Assembly: GCA_045656285.1 (NCBI GenBank)
Contig: JAZOQY010000057.1
Coordinates: forward strand, 1,845 to 65,844
DNA length: 64,000 nt
DNA from: Kiritimatiellia bacterium
Lineage (GTDB): Bacteria; Verrucomicrobiota; Kiritimatiellia; RFP12; UBA1067
Reading direction: 5' to 3'
Below, piece after piece: positions 16,013 to 25,803 of this stretch. Each line of letters begins with the position of its first letter. Within the stretch, counting starts at the first letter, position 1. Both the position numbers and the translations under genes were made by a program. The notes beneath the pieces are model-generated. The model was not told where the DNA came from. It saw only the letters and a list, made by a program, of their open reading frames with translations, and did no database searches.

Positions 16013-16909
16013 TTAGATTTTGCGGCCGGAAAGATCTTCGTAGGCCTTGATGTAAATTTCACGCGTGCGCGCAACCACCTCGTCTGGGAGTTCAGGACCC
16101 GGCGGCTGGTGATTGAAATTGATCGAGTCGAGCCAGTCGCGAACGTACTGCTTGTCGAGGGACGGGGGATTGGACCCCACCGCATAGCTGGACTCCGGCC
16201 AGAAACGCGACGAATCGGGCGTAAGCACCTCGTCGGCGAGAATGAGAGACCCGTCGTCGTCCATGCCGAACTCGAACTTCGTGTCGGCGATGATTATGCC
16301 GCGCTCGCGGGCATACTCCGCCGCGCGCGTATAGAGAGATACGGTGGCCTCCTTGAGCTTTGCCGCCGTTTCGGCTCCGACGATCTCGACGGTCTGGTCG
16401 TAGTTTATGGCCTCGTCGTGATCGCCGATCGCCGCCTTCGTGGTCGGAGTGAAGAGAACCTCGTCAAGCTTCGAGGCGTTCTCGTAGCCTGCGCGGAGCT
16501 TCTCGCCGTTGACCGTTCCGGAGGATTTGTATTCCTTCCAGCCCGAGCCGGTAAGATAGCCGCGCGCGATGCATTCGACCTCGACCATCTTGACCTTCTT
16601 GACGAGCATTGAACGGCCGCGCAGATCCTCCTTGTAAGGCTGGAGGATTTCGGGATACTCATCGACATTCGCCGTGATAAGATGGTTCTTCATCCCGAGA
16701 AACTCCATCCAGAAAAGGGAAAGCTGGTTGAGCACCTTCCCCTTGTCCGGAACGCCCGAAGGAAGAATGACGTCGAAAGCGCTGATGCGATCCGTCACAA
16801 CCATCAAAAGGCTGTCGCCGAGATCGAAGACATCGCGGACCTTTCCGCTTTTTTGAGGGACGCCCGGAATCGAACACTCCAGAAGCGCGTTATTCTTGTC
16901 GTATTTCAT
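16013..16909 (-). CDS. purC: phosphoribosylaminoimidazole-succinocarboxamide (SAICAR) synthase
   Basis: GKVRDVFDLGDSLLMVVTDRISAFDV motif. The start MKYDK at 16909 forms an ATGA overlap with the upstream stop. Confidence 0.9.
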   Translation of the reverse strand: MKYDKNNALLECSIPGVPQKSGKVRDVFDLGDSLLMVVTDRISAFDVILPSGVPDKGKVLNQLSLFWMEFLGMKNHLITANVDEYPEILQPYKEDLRGRSMLVKKVKMVEVECIARGYLTGSGWKEYKSSGTVNGEKLRAGYENASKLDEVLFTPTTKAAIGDHDEAINYDQTVEIVGAETAAKLKEATVSLYTRAAEYARERGIIIADTKFEFGMDDDGSLILADEVLTPDSSRFWPESSYAVGSNPPSLDKQYVRDWLDSINFNHQPPGPELPDEVVARTREIYIKAYEDLSGRKI

Positions 16910-18624
16910 TTTGTTCCTTTCTCTGAAATTACCAATGGTGCAACCAGACATGCGACGTCTTCATCGGACAGGACAAACACGGCGTCAAACACGCCTGTCG
17001 CCGCATAATAACCCGTAGCAATCCTCTCTCCGATGAAAATGTTCCGTCTCAGCATACTCTCGTTGAAGAAATCGACTGAAATCCTGGCTGCGGGCTTTTC
17101 AAAATCAATGCCGTACTTCTGAAGTTCGTCCGTGCTGGCCTTCAGCGTCACTACAGAAACCGCATTAAGCGAATTGAGCTTGTTCAGCACGTTGACGACG
17201 GCGTCCTGACGGATGGAGCAACCCGCACACGAAGCGTCGGGACCCCAGGTCCGGCTGTTCATGTCGTATACAACCGCGGTTCCGCCCGACTCTCCGACGG
17301 ATTCGATCCTGCGGATGTCGGCGGTATTGAACTTGACGATCTCCCTGCTGCGCAGGTCGGCGAGCGAGAAATCCGAAAACAGCGCGTCGCGCGAAACCGT
17401 TTCGAGCGGCGAGTTCGTCGAAATGGAGACCGACACCCCCTTCTCGTCGCGATCTTTGTCCGTGACCGCAACTATCCTGTCCAGCAGCCGCTTCACGTAA
17501 TCGGCATCTGCAGCGGCGGCTATCGGAGAGTCCATCATCCATTTGCCGTCATGATTCTTCGACAGTCTGTAATCCACGCCGCCGTCCGTAAGCGCGATTC
17601 TCGAAATGCGCGAAGAATCATACGGGAAAAGGCGAGAATCGGAAAAATCGCTCTCGTTGACCAGATCTTTCAGCCGGGCGTCAACCGTTACAATGGCCCG
17701 TGCATTCTGAACAAGGGCATAGACAAGCCCGTCCCCGGCGGATTTGCCCAAAACCATCTGGCTTGTCGAGGCGTCATTGTCGTAGATCGTGATTGCAAGT
17801 CCGCTTTCGGCCGAAAGCCCGTATTCCGCGAGCCTGTTCAACGACACCGAGAGCACCTCGCCGGTCCCGTCGGCATCCGTCGGCCAGATGAAATCCTTGA
17901 CGCCGGCCTTCTCGAAGCAGGAGAGGAACTCGTTTATCTGGATATTTGAGGCCGGGGCGTAAAGACCAGTCTCGTCGTCGATGCAGCGCATCCACTGCCC
18001 CTCGGTCTTCTGCAGGCGCAACAGAGCCCCGTCCGGCCTCTTTACGTCGAACCGGGTCACGGGAACCGATTTGCGGATTGCCAGCTTTCTGGAGCGGAAC
18101 TCGTTGCATGACGCGGACGCAATATCAAGGATGCGGGCATCGAGAAGATAAACAGAGTCGTCGCCGTCAACCATGGCAAAAACCTTTTCCTTGGTGGGAC
18201 TCCTGTTCCCGATATAAAGGGTGTTGGTCAGCGATCCGTTCAGGATGTGCAGCGAAACATCCGGCTTCTCCAGACCGAAATCCGAGAGACGCTTGCCCAT
18301 GTTGGCGAGCTTTTTCTCGGGGAAGATGTCTGCGTCGCTGATTTTGCGGACGGACAGCAGATCCATCATCTCCTCGACCATGGCGTTTTCCGCAATCGCT
18401 GCATAAGGCTTTTCTACGATCCAGCCGCCATCCTGCCTCTTAAGCTCGATATCGGAACCGTTGCTGCGGTCTATGGCGATGGTGTCACAGTCCAGCACCG
18501 ACTCGTCAAACACCGTATCGCGATTCGACAGCTTCGCGACCCCGCTGATCGAAAGGTAGATGTGAACGCCGACCAGCGCGAAGATTCCGACAAAAAGGTA
18601 GATTATCTTGTACCTGTTGCTCAT
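16906..18624 (-). CDS. DUF4340-like protein (accessory to the GldG-type ABC system)
   Basis: About 570 aa with a single N-terminal TM (YKIIYLFVGIFALVGVHIYL). Its position directly after a GldG-like gene is the usual context of DUF4340. ATGA overlap at 18621-18624. Confidence 0.6.
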   Translation of the reverse strand: MSNRYKIIYLFVGIFALVGVHIYLSISGVAKLSNRDTVFDESVLDCDTIAIDRSNGSDIELKRQDGGWIVEKPYAAIAENAMVEEMMDLLSVRKISDADIFPEKKLANMGKRLSDFGLEKPDVSLHILNGSLTNTLYIGNRSPTKEKVFAMVDGDDSVYLLDARILDIASASCNEFRSRKLAIRKSVPVTRFDVKRPDGALLRLQKTEGQWMRCIDDETGLYAPASNIQINEFLSCFEKAGVKDFIWPTDADGTGEVLSVSLNRLAEYGLSAESGLAITIYDNDASTSQMVLGKSAGDGLVYALVQNARAIVTVDARLKDLVNESDFSDSRLFPYDSSRISRIALTDGGVDYRLSKNHDGKWMMDSPIAAAADADYVKRLLDRIVAVTDKDRDEKGVSVSISTNSPLETVSRDALFSDFSLADLRSREIVKFNTADIRRIESVGESGGTAVVYDMNSRTWGPDASCAGCSIRQDAVVNVLNKLNSLNAVSVVTLKASTDELQKYGIDFEKPAARISVDFFNESMLRRNIFIGERIATGYYAATGVFDAVFVLSDEDVACLVAPLVISEKGTK

Positions 18625-20720
18625 CTGCGCCGCCTCCTCCACAGCACCAGCAGAGAGTAAAGGGCGAAGACGACCGCCGGCGCCACGGCTGAAGTCATCG
18701 TCACGAACGAAACACGGGCGTCACGATCCATTTCCGTATGAAGCCTGTCGAGCTCCGGACCGGAGCTGACCATAACATCGCGTCCCGAAAGGTAGTTTAC
18801 CGAATTCAAAAAGAAATCCATGTTCGCGTTTCTGTACGACCTCAGACAGCCGTTCATAAGGAAATCGACATCTCCCACGGCGATAAGGCGAGACGGTCTT
18901 GTGGCGGCGTCGCTCCTCATGCTGCCTCGTTCGACGCACGCTGCGAGATCGCGTCCGCCCGCCGAGAAAAGCGCCCTGTAGCGTTTCCTGTCGGCGCCGC
19001 TGCCGCCTTCGATCGCAGACGACGACATCGACATGGCAAGAGGATTCTGCAGAATGATCTGCTGCCCCTCAAGCGGACGCGCCACGGGATGGGACTCGGA
19101 GAAATCCTTGACTATGACATCGCTTCCGGACATCGTAGGGACCCCGTCTAGAACGGTTGATTCGGCCCGGATTCCCCATGCGGAAAGCAGATTCGCCAGG
19201 CCTTGATGTTCTGCCGTATCCATGAGGACCAAAACCCGGCCGCCGTCGGAATTCTCGCCGTGCCCGTTCAGATACGACTGAAGATATTCTATCTCGCGCT
19301 CCGAGAAGCCCTTCTTCGGGCCTGCAATTATAAGAAGAGCGCAATCTTTGCCGATGGTCTCTTCGGCAAGATTGATCTTTTTGTTTTCATACCCGTTGAG
19401 GGCGAGCTCTCTGGCAAGATCGCTCATTCCCGCATTTGTGTAATCTTCAAAGTCGGCCTCTCCGTGGGTATACGTCCAATAAATGCGGCTGCGATGCAGC
19501 GGAACGGCTACGCGGGCGATCATCGCCGCAAAGATCCGCTCGCTGTAGCCCCCGTCGATATCGAGGCAATCCACGATGCGCCCGTCGCTTTCAAAAATGA
19601 AGCAGGCGTTCTTTACGGGCCACGGACACCGACGGATGAGACTCGTGGCCTCGCCTACATCGAGCACCGGATCGACATATCTTATCTCCAGGTTCACTCC
19701 GCCGATCTCGTCGGCATCACGTTTAAGAGACCTGAGGAAGTGGCCGACATGACGGAAACGGGCATCCTCGCGCCCGAGAAACGCAGTAATCGTAATCGAA
19801 CCGCGCGCCTGCTCCAGGATGCTGCGCGTATGGGGGGAGAAAACGGTTTCGCCGGAACCTGCAACGGGAATGTCAAGCTTTACGTCGACCCTGTGGATCA
19901 ACGAGACAAAAAGTATCGCGAACAATCCGGCGAGCCCCAGCGAAACATCCGTCGACAACCTGGAAAGCCGCGATGTGCGGCCGGTGAACCTGTACGACAG
20001 AATCGTTTTCGAGGCGAGGAACAACGCGAGCACGGTCAGAAGGAGATAGCAGGAAACCACTCCCACTGAAACAAGTCCGGAGGCGAAATCGAAAGCATGG
20101 GCATCCATGGGGAGCTCCGCAAATCGCACTTTCCCGTTGTCTGTCCAGTACGAAAGAGCCAGCCACATCGCCCGCGGCAGGGCCACGAGAACAAAAATGG
20201 TCATCGCAGCGGCGCCAGCGGCGCTCCTGAACATCGCACTGGCCGCCACGGCGACGGCCGACCACAGAGCGCTCTGGAGAACCAGCAGAAACAGACCGGG
20301 CAGAAAATTCACGAGCGATGCCTCGGTCGCCAGCCTCGGCGCGTACGAATTCAGGAAAAACAACGACAGCTGCAAAAATACGACAACGGCGGCAACCGTC
20401 AAAAGCCACACGCCAAGAAACTTTCCGAAGACAAAATCGCGCTCCTTGACGGGAGAGGAAAGAATGATCTCCATCCTGCCGGTTTTGCGCTCGTCGCTCC
20501 ACACCTCCATTCCCAAAAGCGCCGCCAGCGCAGGAAGGAGAGGAGAAACCGAACTCGCCCAAACCGAAGCGAGGCTGGCGAAAGACCCCTCAGAAGCGTC
20601 AAGATTGAAGGCAAAAAGAGCGGCGGCGCCGGAAAGAAAGAGGGAAATCGACAAGACGGTCACGAATGACTTTACGATCATCCCGCATGTCCGCCTGAAA
20701 GTAACCTTTACCGGACTCAC
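18621..20720 (-). CDS. fused ABC-2 permease (GldF-like) and GldG-like auxiliary domain protein
   Basis: The N-terminal ~250 aa form a polytopic ABC-2-type permease, followed by a large soluble GldG-like region and a C-terminal TM. GTG start at 20720 overlaps the upstream stop (GTGA). Alternative ATG at 20681. Confidence 0.65.
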   Translation of the reverse strand: MSPVKVTFRRTCGMIVKSFVTVLSISLFLSGAAALFAFNLDASEGSFASLASVWASSVSPLLPALAALLGMEVWSDERKTGRMEIILSSPVKERDFVFGKFLGVWLLTVAAVVVFLQLSLFFLNSYAPRLATEASLVNFLPGLFLLVLQSALWSAVAVAASAMFRSAAGAAAMTIFVLVALPRAMWLALSYWTDNGKVRFAELPMDAHAFDFASGLVSVGVVSCYLLLTVLALFLASKTILSYRFTGRTSRLSRLSTDVSLGLAGLFAILFVSLIHRVDVKLDIPVAGSGETVFSPHTRSILEQARGSITITAFLGREDARFRHVGHFLRSLKRDADEIGGVNLEIRYVDPVLDVGEATSLIRRCPWPVKNACFIFESDGRIVDCLDIDGGYSERIFAAMIARVAVPLHRSRIYWTYTHGEADFEDYTNAGMSDLARELALNGYENKKINLAEETIGKDCALLIIAGPKKGFSEREIEYLQSYLNGHGENSDGGRVLVLMDTAEHQGLANLLSAWGIRAESTVLDGVPTMSGSDVIVKDFSESHPVARPLEGQQIILQNPLAMSMSSSAIEGGSGADRKRYRALFSAGGRDLAACVERGSMRSDAATRPSRLIAVGDVDFLMNGCLRSYRNANMDFFLNSVNYLSGRDVMVSSGPELDRLHTEMDRDARVSFVTMTSAVAPAVVFALYSLLVLWRRRRR

Positions 20721-21427
20721 GATTCACCGCCTTTCAAAGCCGCATTGACTCGGGCGGCGACATCGGAGGGATCAAGCCCTTTAGTCTCGATCGAACTGGC
20801 GATTTCGCCCTTTGACAAAACCAAAAACCTCTTCGCCAATTTCGCCAGCTCCGCAATCTCGTGCCCCGTGACGACAACAGACGAAAACGCCGAGACGGAA
20901 GTTATAATCTCTCCGATGGAATCGCGCATCGAACAATCGAAACCGGAAAGAACGTCATCCAACAGAATGACCCTGGGCCTCAACAGTATCGCATCAGCAA
21001 ACGCTACGCGTTTCTTGGCCCCCAAGGAAAGCTTTCGGATCGGCCTGTTCAGCAGCTCTTTGATCTTGCATGTGGATGACGCTTCAATTATGCGCCGGCG
21101 GATGCGCTTGTCGGGTTCCCCCTTCAATCGCGCACGATATACGAGATACGACTTGACGGTCATATCTTCATAAAGCGAAGGTTTTTCCTGAAGATAACCG
21201 AGATTTTTGCGGTATTTCAGCGGATCTTTAAACGAATCGCGCCCGTCAATCCTCAAGACTCCGGCATCGGGCATCATAACACTTGCGAGTATTCTCAAGA
21301 GCGTAGTCTTCCCTGCGCCGTTTTCGCCGACAATGCAAACCGTTTCGCCGGGATTGACGGCGAACGAGACATCCTTAAGCACTTCTTTTGAGCCGTAGGA
21401 AAATGCGATATTGCGAGCTTCGAACAT
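20717..21427 (-). CDS. ABC transporter ATP-binding protein (GldA-like)
   Basis: 236 aa with Walker A GENGAGKTTLL, signature LSLGAKKRV and Walker B ILLDD. Confidence 0.9.
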   Translation of the reverse strand: MFEARNIAFSYGSKEVLKDVSFAVNPGETVCIVGENGAGKTTLLRILASVMMPDAGVLRIDGRDSFKDPLKYRKNLGYLQEKPSLYEDMTVKSYLVYRARLKGEPDKRIRRRIIEASSTCKIKELLNRPIRKLSLGAKKRVAFADAILLRPRVILLDDVLSGFDCSMRDSIGEIITSVSAFSSVVVTGHEIAELAKLAKRFLVLSKGEIASSIETKGLDPSDVAARVNAALKGGES

Positions 21428-21437
21428 TTCTCCCTAT

Positions 21438-21446
21438 ATTATACCA
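21438..21446 (-). promoter_or_regulatory. extended -10 element (TGGTATAAT) for the ABC/GldFG operon
   Basis: Minus strand reads aatTTGGTATAATatagggagaaATG, with 10 nt between the -10 and the ATG at 21427. Confidence 0.5.
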
Positions 21447-21448
21447 AA

Positions 21449-22618
21449 TTATTCCGACAATTTGCCTAATTTCATCGCATTTGACGCTTTGAGCAGCACA
21501 AAATCGCCCGGCTTGAATATTTCGTCAATTTTTTCGGTCATTTCGGCGGTGGATCCGAACGATCGGGTGCACTTGCAACGGCTTGCGACGCGACCGACAC
21601 CTATGACGGCGTCGAATCCCAGCGTGGAGGCGTACTCGAACACTTCCGCATGAAGACGCTCGGAATCCGCACCGAGCTCGAACATGTCTCCCATTACGGC
21701 AATCCGCCTGGAATCGCAACGCTCGCAGGAAAACGCCTTGAGCGCCGCCTTCATCGCATCGGGGTTGGCGTTGTACGTATCGTCGACGAACCGCACGCCG
21801 TTTTTCTCGACTCTGCGCCAACGAGAGCCGGGCAGCTTGAAATTCTCAAGCGACCGGACCGCATCGTCGACGCCCACCCCGTAACGTGAAGCTACCGCAA
21901 ACGCGACGGACGCGTTCGATAGATTGTGCTCCCCGGGAAGAACGGCGCCTACCGCCTCGGCCAATTTCGCCGGCAACGGCCCGGCCACGACAAATTCGCC
22001 GCGGCATCCGGAGCGCAGCGCATCCTTAAAGTCGCAATCCCCCGGAACCGCGCCAAATTCCCTCGCCCTCGCAAGCAGCGTCCCCTTCTCGTCGGCAATG
22101 CCCTCGCGCGTCTTGAAAAATTCGATGTGGGCCGTGCCGATGTTCGTGACGAGCCCCGAATCGGGTTCGGCGATGTCGCAAAGAGCCGCTATTTCGCCGG
22201 GATGGTTGCTGCCCATTTCGAGAACGAGAAACCTTGCGTCCCGAGGGCAGTTGAGCATCGTTATCGGAAGACCGAGATGATTGTTGTAATTGCCCGCCGT
22301 CGCATGGGTCTTGCCGATCGACGAAAGGAACGACTTCAGAAGCTCCTTCGTCGTCGTCTTGCCTGCCGATCCGGTAAGCGCCACGACCGTAGTGCCTTTA
22401 AGCGAGCGGCGATAGTCGCGGGCAAGCGCCTGGAGCTCCGCGAGAGCGCCATCGCCTCCGATCACTTTCGACGCGCCCGCCTCAAGCGCTTTCGGGATGA
22501 AATCGTTGCCGTCGACATTCTCGCCCTTGAGCGCGACATAAAGCATCCCGGGCTTGACGAGCCGCGAATCGAAAGTCGCACCTTCAAAGCGGAACTTCGT
22601 CTCATCGCTCTCCGTCAT
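21449..22618 (-). CDS. murF: UDP-N-acetylmuramoyl-tripeptide--D-alanyl-D-alanine ligase
   Basis: FDSRLVKPGMLYVALKGENVDGNDF and TGSAGKTTTKE motifs. Start MTESD at 22618 forms an ATGA overlap with the djlA stop. Confidence 0.88.
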   Translation of the reverse strand: MTESDETKFRFEGATFDSRLVKPGMLYVALKGENVDGNDFIPKALEAGASKVIGGDGALAELQALARDYRRSLKGTTVVALTGSAGKTTTKELLKSFLSSIGKTHATAGNYNNHLGLPITMLNCPRDARFLVLEMGSNHPGEIAALCDIAEPDSGLVTNIGTAHIEFFKTREGIADEKGTLLARAREFGAVPGDCDFKDALRSGCRGEFVVAGPLPAKLAEAVGAVLPGEHNLSNASVAFAVASRYGVGVDDAVRSLENFKLPGSRWRRVEKNGVRFVDDTYNANPDAMKAALKAFSCERCDSRRIAVMGDMFELGADSERLHAEVFEYASTLGFDAVIGVGRVASRCKCTRSFGSTAEMTEKIDEIFKPGDFVLLKASNAMKLGKLSE

Positions 22619-23382
22619 AATCCACGCTCCTTCTTTATCGCGCCCCACGCAGCATTGATCTTCGACATTCTCTCGTTTGCGCGCGCAATCATCTCGTCCG
22701 GCAGCCCCTGCGCCCTGAGCGTGTCGGGATGGTAGCGTTTTGCAAGATTGCGGTAAGCCTTTTTGACCTCGTCATCTGACGCCGACGGCTGAACACCAAG
22801 CTGACTGTAGGCGTCTGTGATGTTCTCCTGATCGGATGTCGCCTGGCCTCTGTAGCCGGAACAGAACCTCTCGCGATAAAAGAGACCGTACCATCCGGGG
22901 TTTATCCGAAGAGACGACGTTATCCTTTCGAGAATCGACTTCTCCGACTCCGACAGCTCTCCGTCGGCGCATGCTATATCCCAAAGCATTTCGTAGAAAA
23001 TGACTCGCACTTCCTCGTTTCTGACGACCGCGGCAAAATCGCAGGCGTATTCATAGATCGAATGCGAATCATCCTTCGCCTTGCGAAAGACGTCTATGGC
23101 GTAGCTGCGTGCCGCATGCGAAAAACCGAGTCTCGCGAACACCGCCTCCACGGCGGCGATCTCTACTTTCGAGATGCGCCCGTCGGCCTTCGCCATTTTG
23201 GCGAGCATCGCGGCCGCCGAGCCGCAGAATACGGCATCGGGAGATCTTCGCGCAGCCTTCCCAGGCTTGACGGCCTCTTCCAGCAGATGGCCTATTACGC
23301 CGCCGATGAGAACGCCCGGCAATCTCCCGACAAAGCTACCGATGCAGCCTCCGATTATCGCTCCGTTCCAGCCCATTTCCAA
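22615..23382 (-). CDS. djlA: DjlA-like co-chaperone (TM + TerB-like domain + C-terminal J domain)
   Basis: N-terminal glycine-rich TM and a central TerB-like repeat region. C-terminal J domain: YSQLGVQPSASDDEVKKAYRNLAKRYHPD. Confidence 0.8.
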   Translation of the reverse strand: MEMGWNGAIIGGCIGSFVGRLPGVLIGGVIGHLLEEAVKPGKAARRSPDAVFCGSAAAMLAKMAKADGRISKVEIAAVEAVFARLGFSHAARSYAIDVFRKAKDDSHSIYEYACDFAAVVRNEEVRVIFYEMLWDIACADGELSESEKSILERITSSLRINPGWYGLFYRERFCSGYRGQATSDQENITDAYSQLGVQPSASDDEVKKAYRNLAKRYHPDTLRAQGLPDEMIARANERMSKINAAWGAIKKERGL

Positions 23383-24314
23383 TCCTTCTTTTCAGAACTT
23401 TCCTTGATCCAGCGCGCCTTGTAGAACTTCGCCCCCCTGTACGGGCCGACAATCCGCTCGCCTCCGTCGGGTTCAATCACGATCAGACGGTCAGACCACC
23501 ACTTTTCGGTGGGCATCTGCACGAGAACACCCTTCGTGCCGTCCGGAGAGTAGCTTTTGACGTGAGCGCGCATCATGACCGGCTTGAACACCCCCTCGTC
23601 GGGATTGAAACTCCATACTCCCGTGCGGTTGGTCATGTAATATCCGCCTCTGCCGTCGGCAACAAGATCGTGACCTCTGGCGTCTGCTGCAGCTTTCGAG
23701 AAATCCCACTTGCGCTTTACGTCAACCGACATCGTCTCCTTTCTGTACGCCAGCTCGAAAAGATTCGTGTAGCCGAGAACAAAGAGGCTGTCGCGCTTTG
23801 AATCCCAGACAACGCCGTGACCGCCCGGCAGATCCATCACCTCTTTCGCCGTTTGCCCGGAAGGATCGAAGGGATGCTTGGCGACATCTACAATAACGAG
23901 CTTGTCGATGCCGACGGAACAGGCCACGGCGACACGGCCATCAGGCAAGAGCTCAAGCGAATGGGGACCGGCGGTGTCGGGGGCGAGCTTCAGATACCAG
24001 CGCGCTCTCCGGGTGGCCACATCGACCGCCGCCGCGCCCCCGTTCGAAGCGCACACCAGGACGGTGCGGCCTCCGTCGACCATCTTGCACTCGTCGACCC
24101 AGGCGAAGGCCGCCGCGTCTTTCGCGACGTTCGGATCTTCATAAGGGCTCCATCTCCAGGAAAATTCAAGCGGCGAGCCGGGAGCCGCGGAGGCGATGAC
24201 GACATTGGTCGCGCCCTGCTCGGCGGCGACAAAGCGCCAATCCGCATCGCCAAAGCCCGTACTTCGCAAAAGCGACGCAAAAAGAAATGCAGCTACCGTT
24301 TTTTTCGCAATCAT
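23355..24314 (-). CDS. secreted hypothetical protein, probable beta-propeller
   Basis: Track ORF trimmed to MIAKKTVAAFLFASLL (signal-peptide-like) at 24314, an ATGA overlap with the trkH stop. Repeated GxHxLxLLPDG / HGVVWD-type strands. No family recognised with certainty. Confidence 0.5.
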   Translation of the reverse strand: MIAKKTVAAFLFASLLRSTGFGDADWRFVAAEQGATNVVIASAAPGSPLEFSWRWSPYEDPNVAKDAAAFAWVDECKMVDGGRTVLVCASNGGAAAVDVATRRARWYLKLAPDTAGPHSLELLPDGRVAVACSVGIDKLVIVDVAKHPFDPSGQTAKEVMDLPGGHGVVWDSKRDSLFVLGYTNLFELAYRKETMSVDVKRKWDFSKAAADARGHDLVADGRGGYYMTNRTGVWSFNPDEGVFKPVMMRAHVKSYSPDGTKGVLVQMPTEKWWSDRLIVIEPDGGERIVGPYRGAKFYKARWIKESSEKKDWKWAGTER

Positions 24315-25798
24315 GACAACCCCCGATCGATACGTCCCGCGCCGGCGTTTTTGCGGCGGGAGCCGAAAACGGCTCCGACAAGGATAAAGAGCGTGAATAT
24401 CTCCAGCCTTCCGGCCAGCATCGCAATGCAATACCACCACTTCAGAAGATCAGGGATGCTGCCGTAATGCGCAGTCGGCCCCAATTCGCCGAACGCGGGA
24501 CCGACATTGCCCACCATGCTCAGCGAACCCGTCAAAGCCTCGAAGGGCGCAAGCCCCGCCAGAGCGCCGAAAAGCATGGTCACGAACACGAGCAGAACGT
24601 ATGCGAAGATGAACGCGGCCACATACGGAACAATCGTCTCGCGCCCCGGCAGCCCGTTGAGCCGCAACGTAAAAACTCCGCGAGGATGGACAAGACGCCG
24701 CAACTCGTTTACGAGCTGCTTGAAAAGGACAGTCCAGCGCACAACCTTGACTCCGCCGGCCGTCGAGCCGGAACATCCGCCGATAAGCACGAGCGAAAGG
24801 AGGATTATCTGGGCGGCGGGGCGCCAGGCGGTGTAATCGTCGGTCATGAAACCGGTCGAGGATATTATGGAGGCGACATGGAACGCCGAGTCACGAAGCG
24901 TCTTCAGGAAGGAGTCAGGCCCCGGCAGCTCGACAAGAACGACACAGACGATCGCCGCCAGCACGATTCCGAGGAACGCCCTCAACTCGCTGTCGCGCCA
25001 GATGCCGCCGACGCGCCCTGTGAAAAAGCGGTAGTAGAGCGCGAAGTTTATCGACGCCAGAAGCATGAACACAAACGTAATCCACTCCACGGCGGGGCTC
25101 CCGAACGAACCGACCGACAGATTTCGCGTAGAGAAGCCGCCGGTGCCGAGAGTCGAGAACGAAAGGCACAAAGCGTCGAACTTCCCCATGTCGCACGCCG
25201 TCAGCAGCGCGAACTGGGCGGCGGTGAAGCCAACGTAGATGAACCAGAGAACTTTCGCCGTATTCGTTATGCGGGCGGTGAGCTTGCCCTTCTCCGGACC
25301 TGTCGTTTCGGCCTGGATGAGCTTCATGCCGCCGATTCCGAGAAGCGGCACGAGCGCGACTACAAGAGCGACAACTCCCATGCCGCCGAGCCAATGCATC
25401 TCGCAGCGCCACAGGTTTATGCTGCGCGGCAGAGACTCGACATCGAATATCACCGTCGCTCCCGTAGTCGTAAAGCCGCTTATGCTCTCGAACAGGCAAT
25501 TTGCGAAATCCCCAATCGTGCCGCTTAACCAGAGAGGCAGCGCTCCGAAGAAACCCAGCAGAATCCAGCTGCCGCCCACCGCGACAAACGCCGCGCGGAT
25601 ATTCAACGGCGCAGCTTTGACGCGGCGATACACTACGGTTATCGCAACGGCGGCGGCGATGCTCGCCGCCATCGGCATCGCGAACGCCCACGCCGAGCGC
25701 GTCTCGCCGTATCTGACGGCGGCGACAAGCGGCAGCGCCAGCGCCACGCCCGCCAGCGCGAGAACGTACGAAAAGATCCGGAGAAGAGACAACGCCAT
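24311..25798 (-). CDS. trkH: potassium uptake protein TrkH
   Basis: 495-aa polytopic protein with TrkH-type GFTTTGATV and STGGFS selectivity-loop motifs. Adjacent to trkA. Confidence 0.9.
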   Translation of the reverse strand: MALSLLRIFSYVLALAGVALALPLVAAVRYGETRSAWAFAMPMAASIAAAVAITVVYRRVKAAPLNIRAAFVAVGGSWILLGFFGALPLWLSGTIGDFANCLFESISGFTTTGATVIFDVESLPRSINLWRCEMHWLGGMGVVALVVALVPLLGIGGMKLIQAETTGPEKGKLTARITNTAKVLWFIYVGFTAAQFALLTACDMGKFDALCLSFSTLGTGGFSTRNLSVGSFGSPAVEWITFVFMLLASINFALYYRFFTGRVGGIWRDSELRAFLGIVLAAIVCVVLVELPGPDSFLKTLRDSAFHVASIISSTGFMTDDYTAWRPAAQIILLSLVLIGGCSGSTAGGVKVVRWTVLFKQLVNELRRLVHPRGVFTLRLNGLPGRETIVPYVAAFIFAYVLLVFVTMLFGALAGLAPFEALTGSLSMVGNVGPAFGELGPTAHYGSIPDLLKWWYCIAMLAGRLEIFTLFILVGAVFGSRRKNAGAGRIDRGLS

Positions 25799-25803
25799 CC
25801 GTC

